Below are positions 44,501-52,522 of a stretch of DNA of 64,000 bases, in pieces; the stretch's first letter is position 1; each line of letters opens with the position of its first letter. The notes under the pieces are model-generated. The model made no database searches, had not been told where the DNA came from, and saw only the letters and a list, made by a program, of their open reading frames with translations. A program made the translations under genes and the position numbers. The stretch spans positions 1-64,000 of the forward strand of contig JBBQUR010000007.1 of assembly GCA_038212275.1 (NCBI GenBank), given 5' to 3'. The DNA is from Planctomycetota bacterium (GTDB lineage: Bacteria; Planctomycetota; B15-G4).

Positions 44501-45549
44501 CCGCCGCTGCCGGTGATGAGCGTGGTGGGCGCGACGCCGGGGTCGTCCTGATGCCAGTGCGCGCGTTGCGTGTTCTGGCCGGGGCGCCGGTCGGCTTGCC
44601 AGAAGCGGCTGCCGTCGGCGGACATGTAGCCGTAGTTGCCACCTTCGATCACGTTCGTGACGCGGCAGCCCTGGTTGCCGTCGTCGTCGTTGTCGAAGGT
44701 CCACAGGTCACCAAAGGAATCGACCGCGACCTCGTACGGATTGCGGAAGTTGTGCGCGAGCACGGTGAGTCCTGTGCCGTCCGTGTTGCAGCGCAGGATG
44801 AGGCCGCCGACGTAGGCGCGGCCGTCATCGCTCACGAGGCCGGGGCGATTGCCCGCGAGACGCTCGCCGCCGCCGTCGTACGCGCTGCCGCTGCGCAGCG
44901 TCCAGCCGGAGCGGTCCGTGACGATGTGCGGGCCTGCGTTGCCCAGCGCCATGTAGAGGCGACCGTCCGGCCCCTGCGTGAAACTGTGCGCGCCATGATC
45001 GTGGTTCGGGCCGCCGAAACCGGTGAGGAACACCTCCTTGCGGTCCGCGTGCAGGTCGCCGTCGTCGTCGTAGTAGGCCCACACCGTCGGCGAGCACGAC
45101 ACGAGCACCTTGTCGGGCAGCCAGCAGATGCCGAGCGGCGAGACGAGGTCGGCGTCCTGGGCAAACACGGAACTGGACTCCGCGACGCCGTCGCCGTCCT
45201 TGTCCTCCAGCACCATGACGCGATCTCCCGCGTCGTGGTGCAGCCCCGGATTGCGCCCGTCCCACTGCCGATAGTTGACGGCTTCGGTCACCCACACGCG
45301 GCCCTGCGGATCGATGTCGATCGCCGTCGGGTTGTAGAAGAGCGGCGACTCGGCCCAGAGCGAGACCTCGCAGCCCGCCGGCACCGCGAAGCCGGCGGTG
45401 AGGTCACCCGATGCGGACGCCGGCGTGCCGCTGCCGGATGCCGCTGGATCGCGAGCGGCTGCGGCAGCCGTCGCGTCCGATTGGGCAGGCGCGCAGATTT
45501 CGAGGCATGCCAGCGCGAGCGCCGTGCGGCGGAAGGCGGATGCGGACAT
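41503..45549 (-). CDS. PVC-type membrane-bound dehydrogenase-like protein: beta-propeller, NPCBM, cytochrome c (CxxCH) and DUF1080
   Basis: NPTAIDID..GRVWV, FRNPYE, RPSDV..APDG; GTHAPSEI (NPCBM); CSSCH, GPELT, SLMP; GNSG, GEWNTY, IALQSEG. Confidence 0.82.
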   Translation of the reverse strand: MSASAFRRTALALACLEICAPAQSDATAAAAARDPAASGSGTPASASGDLTAGFAVPAGCEVSLWAESPLFYNPTAIDIDPQGRVWVTEAVNYRQWDGRNPGLHHDAGDRVMVLEDKDGDGVAESSSVFAQDADLVSPLGICWLPDKVLVSCSPTVWAYYDDDGDLHADRKEVFLTGFGGPNHDHGAHSFTQGPDGRLYMALGNAGPHIVTDRSGWTLRSGSAYDGGGERLAGNRPGLVSDDGRAYVGGLILRCNTDGTGLTVLAHNFRNPYEVAVDSFGDLWTFDNDDDGNQGCRVTNVIEGGNYGYMSADGSRFWQADRRPGQNTQRAHWHQDDPGVAPTTLITGSGGPTGVCVYEGDALPEPLRGALFCADAGRNCVFALKQAPDRSQGVFLWPVDAAPPVNGLTPYGRQLTGLLVSRPSHEGDETWRLFRPSDVCVAPDGSVLVADWFDPGVGGHMAGDREAYGRLLRVSATGSGKTLGAQASPPADLAQALDALGSPSMSVRAQGWAALADVDADGLDAIDARCAAEAPDSALGARLIWARAAADHSPRVPPRPAGADRDWHAASAWARAALTRGADIEDLVPEDLFAGFPELDPVLASALRGAPFAAHAGLFRAFQLGHFGWLAWEGKGDEFVADWRSQAGEELDEPLQWSGMRARLACQLHTESLVPAFATRAGSERLDRAAREESLTALAFCRSREAAEGMLTLALAGPADTREVAAFWVRHNDAADWRAYDLARHLQTAEAWTDAQIVWRSGPVTGGSLPVDVDISGSRRVALVATPADNGNGADWADWLAPRFTGVTSAPASPHDIRLAVAGAPAPLSASAGWGSVHVGANCDGGPLAVDGVAYSEGFGTHAPSEISFAVPEGAARLSVTAALDDGGTQQPGAPTKVEFIVYADRAAVAEAAAAAEVAQRAALLETLRTPGADLGARITAAEKLAADPQGGAQLLAEAAAGRLDALAPDEARAELLDAIAAAIFTNPDLGVRALASEHFTRPDLPALPPMSELVALPGDRRAGAALFFGEARCSSCHAMSGRGGDVGPELTAIRTKLGRAELLDAILNPSAAIGAGFESVTLTLRDGRMLAGLLQADGATVLLKDGTGARHAFDAADIVERRASKLSLMPQDIARGLSPQQLADLCAFLAHDPDAPPRFGPPVTLWNGANLAGWDAVPNTSAWSVRTVDGAAVLHDEGQPVGYIRTQRAFTSFELTVEWRFPDPARPGNSGALLRVQSPDEVWPRSIECQLNSGDAGDIWNIGDFPMVADAARTSGRRTVKLLPSSERPLGEWNTYRITLRDGDLALEVNGQVQNRAHWCAELPGGIALQSEGAPIEFRRVELREIIE

Positions 45550-45744
45550 GCCTGTGCTCCAGGGAGAATGCAGCCTGCAGCCACCGGACACGGCGCGCCC
45601 GAACCGCATCCTTGCATGCTCTCATGCGGAGCCTCGGCACGCACCTGCGCCCGCAGCACACACCTGCAGCCGCAGCGCGCGCCTGACCCTGCGCGCGAAG
45701 GAGTCCGCAAGCGACATCGTGCAGTCGGCATGCTGCGCGCAGCG

Positions 45745-46407
45745 CTAGCCGGAGCTGTCGTCGGCGAGCAGGCGCACGAGCAGCGCGACGCCGGAGGCGC
45801 GGCTCCCGCCGAGTTCGAGCTGCGGCACCGTCGGCTCGTCGTGCACCGGCGCCTCCCCGTCGCGAGCCGCCGGCGCGCCGCCGACCCAGAGGCTCTCGCC
45901 CGCGGCCAGGAGCAGGCTTCCGCCCGAGCCCGTCACGCGCGCGTCGATCGCACCGGAGATCACGTGCACGAAGGTGTGTCCGGGGCCGGGCAGCTCGAGC
46001 ACGTGCAGGCTGCGGGCTCCCGGCCGCAGCAGCGTCACCACGGCGTGCACGAGGCCGCGCCGCACCAGGATGTTGAGGTCCGTCACCGGTCCGTCGATGA
46101 GCGTCGCGCTCGTCGACCAGTCGCCGGAGAAACGCTGCGGCGACAGCGGCAGCACGCGCACGCGCGGCGCGCTGCGGCCGTGCTGCAGGCGCAGTCCCGC
46201 CCCGGAGGTCACGACGAGCACGCGATCGAAACCCGGAAACGCGGAGAAGGGCCCGGGCTCGTCCACCGCGGCGCGGGCGATGCGCCAGTCGTAGTCGCCG
46301 CGCTCGAAGGCTGCGCCCTCCGGCCACAGCGCCAGTTCGTCGGTGAAGCCACGGCCGTTCTTCCACGCGACGCGGCGCGCGTCGGCCGCCGTGAGGTGGC
46401 GGATCAT
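45745..46407 (-). CDS. HutD/Ves-family cupin
   Basis: WKNGRG.T.E, WRI..A, GPFSAFPGFDR, DLNI. Confidence 0.85.
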   Translation of the reverse strand: MIRHLTAADARRVAWKNGRGFTDELALWPEGAAFERGDYDWRIARAAVDEPGPFSAFPGFDRVLVVTSGAGLRLQHGRSAPRVRVLPLSPQRFSGDWSTSATLIDGPVTDLNILVRRGLVHAVVTLLRPGARSLHVLELPGPGHTFVHVISGAIDARVTGSGGSLLLAAGESLWVGGAPAARDGEAPVHDEPTVPQLELGGSRASGVALLVRLLADDSSG

Positions 46408-46518
46408 GCGCACGGGCGCACTCCCGGCAGAGACGGGCGCCACGCGACGCTCACGGCGCGGGCCCCAAGCTCTCCGCCTCGCCCTCCTCGATGCGCCCGG
46501 GCCGGAGCAGGCATGGCG

Positions 46519-46550
46519 CGAGCTGCGACCCGAGCTGCGACCCGAGCTGC
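46519..46550 (+). repeat. 12-bp tandem repeat CGAGCTGCGACC x2.7
   Basis: Seen directly, downstream of the sigma factor stop. Confidence 0.7.
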
Positions 46551-46576
46551 TGCGGAGAGGCGTGGCCGCCGCTCCG

Positions 46577-47209
46577 TCACCCGGGTGCCTGTCCGTCATC
46601 GAGGTGCGTGGCCAGCTCGGCCAGCGCGCGCGAGAGCAGATTGCGCACGGACGCTTCCGTACGGCCCATGCGCTCCGCGATCTCCGCCCGCGACAGGCCG
46701 ACGATGCGCGAGAGCACGATGACCTCGCGGTAGTCCTCGGGCAGTTTCTCGAAGGCGCTCTCGAGGCGGTCCATGAGCTCGCGTCCCATGGCGACGCGGC
46801 TGGGCGACGACAGGCTGCAGTACACGGCCGCGAGGCGCGCGTCCCGGTCGCCATCGCTGCCGCCGGGTGGCGCGTCCAGCGCCATCGCCTCGCGGCGGAC
46901 GTCGCGCTTTCCAGCCGTCCAGTGCTCGGCGCGGTCCGCGATCTTGCGCATGGCCGTCGCGTACAGCCAGGCCCGGAAGGCCGATTCGCCCGGGTAGCGG
47001 AAGCGGTCGATGTTCTCGAGCACGTCCCGGCAGACGGACTGGACGAGGTCGCTCGCCGACTCGCGCGCGCGCAGCATCGGCCCGGCGCGCAGGCGCACGT
47101 AGGCGCGCAGGCCGGGCAGATGCTGGTGCAGGAGGGCCTCCACGGCCGCCGCATCGCCCGCCGCGGCGGCCTCCACGAGCACTCGGCTCTTGTCGCAATC
47201 CTCCGGCAT
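46577..47209 (-). CDS. ECF RNA polymerase sigma factor (planctomycete type)
   Basis: SASDLVQ, FRAWL, SSPSR, LPEDYREVI.L, EIAERMGRTEASVRNLLSRAL. Confidence 0.88.
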   Translation of the reverse strand: MPEDCDKSRVLVEAAAAGDAAAVEALLHQHLPGLRAYVRLRAGPMLRARESASDLVQSVCRDVLENIDRFRYPGESAFRAWLYATAMRKIADRAEHWTAGKRDVRREAMALDAPPGGSDGDRDARLAAVYCSLSSPSRVAMGRELMDRLESAFEKLPEDYREVIVLSRIVGLSRAEIAERMGRTEASVRNLLSRALAELATHLDDGQAPG

Positions 47210-47291
47210 GTCGAGGATCCTACCTTGACCCCACGGCGCCGATCGGCGACGCGTAGTGGGCCGCCCGACCCCGGGCCCCGAGGAGCCAACC

Positions 47292-48389
47292 ATGTTTCAC
47301 GAGTTCCGGACCGCGCGAGGCCTTTGTCTCGTCCTGCTGTCGACGCTTTGCGCCGGCCCTGCCGCGAGTGCCTTGCAGACTGCGGAACAGCCCGGCGAGC
47401 AGCCGTCGGCGGCCTCCGGCACTCCGGGTGCCTGGGGCCGCACCGACACGGCGACCGCGGCGCCGCCGGCCATCGTGGCGAGCGCGCAGTACGTCGGCGC
47501 GACGGTGCACTCGAGCGACGGCAAGGTCCTCGGGCCCGTCGTGGACCTCGGCATCGACGGTCGCGACGGCGCCGTGCTCTTCGTGGCCATCGCGTCGGAC
47601 AAGGGCATCGGCACCAGGGATCGCCTCACCGCCGTGCCGATCAAGCTGCTCGCCTTCGGTCCCGACGGGCTGGGGCTCGTGGGCGTCAGCCGGGCGCGCT
47701 TCGCCGGCGCACCGAGGTTCATGCCCGAGACCTGGCCGGACGCCTCCGACGTCGTCGCGTACGCGGCGTGGACCGCCACCGTCTGGCACTACTTCGACGA
47801 GACGCCGACGTGGAATTTCGACGGGCCCTACGAGCCCTACACCTCGGGAGAGCAGGAGCCGCCTGCAGACGGATCGCCGATTCCACGCGGGCACGAGGCG
47901 CCGGAGACTCCCGAGGAAGCCCGGATCCAGGAAGCCGGACGGGCGGCCAACCTCTTGAATCGTCCCGATGGCGTGCGCGCTTCGGCGCTGGTCACCGCGG
48001 ACGTGTTCGACGGCCAGAAGCAGCGCTGCGGTCGCGTGCGCGCCGTCTGCATCGACCAGCGCACGGGCAGGATCGCGTGCCTGGCCGTCGCGCGGCGCGA
48101 GACGAGCGGCGTGACGGGCAGCAGCGTGGACGACAGCGTGCTGTTGCCGCTGCCGTGGCGCGCTCTCAACTGCCGCCTCGCCGGCGAGCGGGTCTTCACC
48201 AACTTGACGCCCGAGCAATTCGACCAGGCGCCCGACTTCCCTGCCAGCACGTGGCCGGACCTCGCCGCGCCCGAGTGGCAGCAGCGCCTCGACACCTTCT
48301 ATCCGCCGATTGCGGAGGCGCCGGCCGAGGCACCGCAGGCGCCTCAGGCACACGAAGCGCAGGGAGCGCCCCCCGCCGCGGGCGGTTAG
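47292..48389 (+). CDS. Exported protein with two PRC-barrel domains
   Basis: AGGAG RBS, signal peptide; two copies of AS.L/Y....V....G...G.V....ID...G.....+..P+..L...AP.F...TWPD. Confidence 0.75.
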   Translation: MFHEFRTARGLCLVLLSTLCAGPAASALQTAEQPGEQPSAASGTPGAWGRTDTATAAPPAIVASAQYVGATVHSSDGKVLGPVVDLGIDGRDGAVLFVAIASDKGIGTRDRLTAVPIKLLAFGPDGLGLVGVSRARFAGAPRFMPETWPDASDVVAYAAWTATVWHYFDETPTWNFDGPYEPYTSGEQEPPADGSPIPRGHEAPETPEEARIQEAGRAANLLNRPDGVRASALVTADVFDGQKQRCGRVRAVCIDQRTGRIACLAVARRETSGVTGSSVDDSVLLPLPWRALNCRLAGERVFTNLTPEQFDQAPDFPASTWPDLAAPEWQQRLDTFYPPIAEAPAEAPQAPQAHEAQGAPPAAGG

Positions 48390-48425
48390 CATGCCCCGGC
48401 CCATTCCCGCCGCGGAGCCCGCACT

Positions 48426-49718
48426 TTGAACGTCCCACCACGCTCCGCCGGCCTCGCGGCCGCTTTCACCCTGTTGCTCGCCGTCGTTCCCGGAGCACGC
48501 GCCCAGGTCTGCTGCGATCCGTGGACCGACCTCGGGCAGAGCCTGCCCGGCACGCACGGCGCGCCACTGCTGGAGGCCTCGGGTTCGCTGGCCGAGCTCA
48601 CGCAGGTCACGCTCGATCTCGACAACGCACTGGAGAACTCGCAGGCGTGGTTGATCATCGGCGTCGCGCAGCTGGGCGCGCCGTTCAAGGGCGGCGTGCT
48701 CGTGCCGACGCCGGACGTCGTGCTGCCGCTCGTCACGAACGCGGCAGGCATGCTCGGCTTCACCGCCACGTTTCCCGCGGGCTTGCCGGTCGGCACGCAG
48801 CTGCTGCTGCAGTGCTGGATCCAGGATCCGGCGGCGGTCGCCGGTTACGCGGCGAGCAACGCGCAGCGCGGACTCATGCCGATGCCCCCGCCTGTCGGCA
48901 ACTTCCCGGCGGACTGGATCTTCGGCACCTGCGCGACCGACCCGAACATGCAAGTGCAGCAGTACGGCGAGAACACCTACATCCTGCGCCAGAGCCAGTG
49001 CTCCAACTTCGAGGGGCCCTTCGTCTTCCTGCTCTTCGGGCAGGACAAGGTGCTGCTGCTCGACACCGGCGCGACCGGCGCGCAGACCTACAACTACGTG
49101 CAGCAGGTCATCACGACGTGGCTCGCAGCGCACGGCAAGGCGTCCATCCCGCTGGTCGTGGCGCACACGCACGGCCACGGCGACCACGTCGCCGGCGACA
49201 GCCAGTTCACCGGCAAGCCGAACACCACGCTCGTCGGCACCTCCGTCACGGCGGTGCAGGCCTTCTGGGGTTTCCAGGACTGGCCCAATGACATCCGCCA
49301 CTACGACCTCGGCGGGCGCATGCTCGACATCATCGCGATCCCGGGCCACCAGGCCGCGCACATCGCGATCTACGACCACGAGACCGCGCTGCTGCTCACC
49401 GGCGACACGCTCTATCCGGGCTTCCTTTTCATCAGCGGCGCAGTGAGCGGCGGCAACTTCACCAAGTACAAGGCCAGCACGCAGCGCCTCGTGGACTTCA
49501 TCGCGGACAAGCCCGTCGCGTGGATCTTCGGCTGCCACGTCGAGATGAAGAGCACGCCCTTCCAGGCCTACACTTACGGCACGAAGCTCCAGCCCCTCGA
49601 GCGCGACCCGCAACTCACGCGCGAACACCTGCTCGAGTTGAACGCCGCGGTGCAGGCGATGGGCAACTCGCCCCACCAGGAGTATCACGCGGACTTTGTC
49701 ATCGATCCGAGCGGCTGA
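48426..49718 (+). CDS. Secreted MBL-fold metallo-hydrolase with N-terminal 'WTDLG-FKGG' module
   Basis: Signal peptide ARA|Q; module at 48522-48881; LLLDTG, HGHGDH, IPGH, TGDTLY, GCH. Confidence 0.85.
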   Translation: MNVPPRSAGLAAAFTLLLAVVPGARAQVCCDPWTDLGQSLPGTHGAPLLEASGSLAELTQVTLDLDNALENSQAWLIIGVAQLGAPFKGGVLVPTPDVVLPLVTNAAGMLGFTATFPAGLPVGTQLLLQCWIQDPAAVAGYAASNAQRGLMPMPPPVGNFPADWIFGTCATDPNMQVQQYGENTYILRQSQCSNFEGPFVFLLFGQDKVLLLDTGATGAQTYNYVQQVITTWLAAHGKASIPLVVAHTHGHGDHVAGDSQFTGKPNTTLVGTSVTAVQAFWGFQDWPNDIRHYDLGGRMLDIIAIPGHQAAHIAIYDHETALLLTGDTLYPGFLFISGAVSGGNFTKYKASTQRLVDFIADKPVAWIFGCHVEMKSTPFQAYTYGTKLQPLERDPQLTREHLLELNAAVQAMGNSPHQEYHADFVIDPSG

Positions 49719-49758
49719 GCGCCTGGGACGGCGGCCGTCCCGATTCGCTCGCGCTGCT

Positions 49759-50313
49759 TCAGTCCCGCTGGTGCCTGCGGCGGACGAGGAACGCAACCGC
49801 CCCCGCCAGCACGAGCGCTGCGTAGAGCGCGTACTGGTATTGCCGCACGTCGTCGATCACCAGCTCGATGACCGCGCCGAAGAGGTAGCCCGCACCCACC
49901 ATCGCAGCGGCCCAGAGCGCCGCGCCGACGGCGTTGAGCAGCACGAAGCGCGGCGTGGGAACGTCCGACATGCCGAAGGCGAACGAGAGCACGTTCCGCA
50001 GGCCGTAGAAGAAGCGGAAGCTGAGGATCAGTGCGGTGTAGTAGCGGTCGATGAGCGCCAGCGCACGCGCGACGCGCGGCTTCCACGACGGGTGCCTGTC
50101 CACCCAGCCCTGACCGTAGCGGCGGCCGAGCAGGAACCAGAGCTGATCCCCGCACAGGCTGCCGACGAAGGCGCACAGCATGACGAGGTCGAGGCGCAAC
50201 ACGCCGTTCTTGGCGGCAAAGCCGCCGAGGACGGCAATGGTCTCGCCCTCGAAGAACGTGCCCGCGAAGACTGCCAGCAGGCCCCACTCCGCGACCAGGC
50301 TCTCCAGCGTCAC
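49759..50313 (-). CDS. DedA-family membrane protein
   Basis: FFEGET, GDQLWFLLGR, FRFFYGLR, LNAVGAALW; GTG overlaps the epimerase stop. Confidence 0.88.
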   Translation of the reverse strand: MTLESLVAEWGLLAVFAGTFFEGETIAVLGGFAAKNGVLRLDLVMLCAFVGSLCGDQLWFLLGRRYGQGWVDRHPSWKPRVARALALIDRYYTALILSFRFFYGLRNVLSFAFGMSDVPTPRFVLLNAVGAALWAAAMVGAGYLFGAVIELVIDDVRQYQYALYAALVLAGAVAFLVRRRHQRD

Positions 50314-50813
50314 GCCACTCCGGCCTGGACCAGCTCCACAAGCACGCCGCCGGTGCTCTGCGGGTGCACGAAGCACACGGTCGTGCCGTGCGCGCCGGGG
50401 CGCGGCGCCTTGTCGATGAGGCGCACGCCGGCCGCGGTCAGCTTCGCGAAGAGCGCGTGGAGGTCGTCCACCTCGAGCGCGACGTGATGGATGCCAGGGC
50501 CGCGCTTGTCCATGAAGCGGCGCACCGGATTGTCGCCGGCATCAGGCTGCAGCAGCTCGATGCAGCCGCCGTGCGCGGGGGCACGGGCGTGAGCATCGGC
50601 GGCGTCGGTCGCCGCGCCGCCGGAGGCCGCGTGCGCGTGAGCTGCGGGTGCATCGCCGGGCGCCCCGCCGAGGCGCAGCATCGCGACGCTGACACCGTCG
50701 CTCGCGACGTGCTCCACGTGCTCCAGCGGCAGGCCGAGCAGGTCGCGCCAGAAATGCAGCACGTCCGCGTGTGCGGGCACCGCGATGCCGAGGTGCGAGA
50801 GGCGCGTTCCCAT
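50310..50813 (-). CDS. mce: Methylmalonyl-CoA epimerase (VOC fold) with an Ala-rich insertion
   Basis: SHLGIAV, IELL, GPGIHHVAL, FVHPQSTGGVLVELV; coupled to the mutase gene (TGATG). Confidence 0.88.
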   Translation of the reverse strand: MGTRLSHLGIAVPAHADVLHFWRDLLGLPLEHVEHVASDGVSVAMLRLGGAPGDAPAAHAHAASGGAATDAADAHARAPAHGGCIELLQPDAGDNPVRRFMDKRGPGIHHVALEVDDLHALFAKLTAAGVRLIDKAPRPGAHGTTVCFVHPQSTGGVLVELVQAGVA

Positions 50814-52522
50814 CAGAAGGACACCACGGGCTTGTAGTTGCCGAACACGGATTGCAGTGCGGTGCAGATCTCGCCCACCGTCGCATCGGCGTCGGTGGCG
50901 GCAAGAATGGGCGGCATGAGGTTCTTGTCCGGGTTGCGCGCGGCGGCGATCAGCGCGTCCAGCGCGGCGCGGCACGCGGGCTCGTTGCGCTTCGCGCGCC
51001 ACTGCGCGAGCTGCGCGGCGCGCGCCTGCCCCAGCGCTTCGTCCACGCGCAGGATCGGCGGCGTCGACTGCTCGGGCACCGTGTAGCAGTTCACGCCGAC
51101 GAGCTTGCGCGTGCCGGCCTCGAGCGCCTTCTGGTGCTCGTAGGCCGCGCGGTGGATCTGGTGCTGCTGGAAACCCTGCTCGACGGCGGCCAGCGCGCCG
51201 CCGCGCTTGTCGATTTCCGCGATAAGCATGCGGGCCTCGCGCTCGAGCTGGTCCGTGAGCGCCTCGATGAAGGGCGCGCCGCCCAGCGGGTCGATGACCT
51301 GCGTGACGCCGCTCTCCTCGGCCAGCACCTGCTGCGTGCGCAGCGCGAGCAGCGCGGCCTCCGCGGTGGGCAGGCCCAGCGCCTCGTCGCGGCTGTTGGT
51401 GTGCAGCGACTGCGTGCCGCCCAGCACCGCGGACAGTGCCTGCAGCGTGACGCGCACGACGTTCACGTCGGGCTGCTGGCTGGTGAGCGTGCTGCCCGCG
51501 GTCTGCGTGTGGAAGCGCAGCCGCAGCGCGTCGGGCCGCGAGGCGCCGAAACGCTCCACGAGCAGATTGGCCCACAGCCGCCGCGCGGCGCGGAACTTGC
51601 ACACTTCCTCGAACAGGTCGTTGTGCGCGTTGAAGAAGAAGGAGAGCTGCCCCGCGAACTCGTTCACGTCCAGCCCGCGCGCCACCGCGCCGGCCACGTA
51701 CTGCAGGCCGTTGGAGAGCGTGAAGGCAAGCTCCTGAGGCGCGGTGCAGCCGGCCTCGCGCATGTGGTAGCCGCTGATCGAAATCGGGTTGAAGCGCGGC
51801 AGATGCTCGTGGCAGTAGGCGATGACGTCGGTGACGAGGCGCAGCGACGGCGTCGGCGGGAAGCGATAGGTGCCGCGCGCGATGTACTCCTTGAGCAGGT
51901 CGTTCTGCAGCGTGCCGCGCAGCGCCTGGGGCGCGATGCCCTGCTCGCGCGCCGTGCCGATGAGGAAGGCGAGCAGCACCGGCGCGGTGGAGTTGATGGT
52001 CATCGAGACCGAGACGCGGTCCAGCGGGATGCCCTGGAAGAGCCGCGCCACGTCGGCGCGCGTCGCGATGGAGACGCCCACCTTGCCCACTTCGCCCGCG
52101 GCCAGCGCGGCATCGGGGTCGTGCCCCATCTGCGTCGGCAGGTCGAAGGCGACGGAGAGCCCGGACTGTCCGCGCTCGAGCAGGTAGCGGAAGCGCGCGT
52201 TGGTCTCCTCCGCGGTGGAGAAGCCGCTGTACTGGCGCATCGTCCACGGCTTGCCGCGGTACATGGTGGGGTACGGGCCGCGCGTGAACGGGAACTCGCC
52301 GGGGAAGCCCAGGGCCGGCCGCGCGTCGCCGGCGGCGGGCGCGTGGCCTGCATGGCCTGCGGCGGACGCCTGGCCGTCGAGGCCCGGCACGTAGAGCGGT
52401 TCGAGCGGCAGGCCTGAGCCGGTGTGGCCGAGTTCGGAAACGCCGGCGGCGAGGGCCGGTCGGTAGACCTCCGCGCGCCAGCGGGCCAGGTCCGCGTGAA
52501 GGCCCGGCCTGTCCGGGTTCAC
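50813..52522 (-). CDS. Methylmalonyl-CoA mutase, large (substrate-binding) subunit of a split-type enzyme
   Basis: PFTRGPY, WTMRQYSGF, GLSVAFDLPT, QNDLLKEYIAR, SISGYHMREAG; no DxHxxG B12-binding domain. Confidence 0.9.
   Translation of the reverse strand: MNPDRPGLHADLARWRAEVYRPALAAGVSELGHTGSGLPLEPLYVPGLDGQASAAGHAGHAPAAGDARPALGFPGEFPFTRGPYPTMYRGKPWTMRQYSGFSTAEETNARFRYLLERGQSGLSVAFDLPTQMGHDPDAALAAGEVGKVGVSIATRADVARLFQGIPLDRVSVSMTINSTAPVLLAFLIGTAREQGIAPQALRGTLQNDLLKEYIARGTYRFPPTPSLRLVTDVIAYCHEHLPRFNPISISGYHMREAGCTAPQELAFTLSNGLQYVAGAVARGLDVNEFAGQLSFFFNAHNDLFEEVCKFRAARRLWANLLVERFGASRPDALRLRFHTQTAGSTLTSQQPDVNVVRVTLQALSAVLGGTQSLHTNSRDEALGLPTAEAALLALRTQQVLAEESGVTQVIDPLGGAPFIEALTDQLEREARMLIAEIDKRGGALAAVEQGFQQHQIHRAAYEHQKALEAGTRKLVGVNCYTVPEQSTPPILRVDEALGQARAAQLAQWRAKRNEPACRAALDALIAAARNPDKNLMPPILAATDADATVGEICTALQSVFGNYKPVVSF

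Noticed and set aside
48426..49718. MBL protein as the beta-lactamase controlled by BlaI/BlaR1
   Set aside because: About 25 kb away, no TACA-N2-TGTA seen upstream, and HxHxDH is general to the MBL fold.
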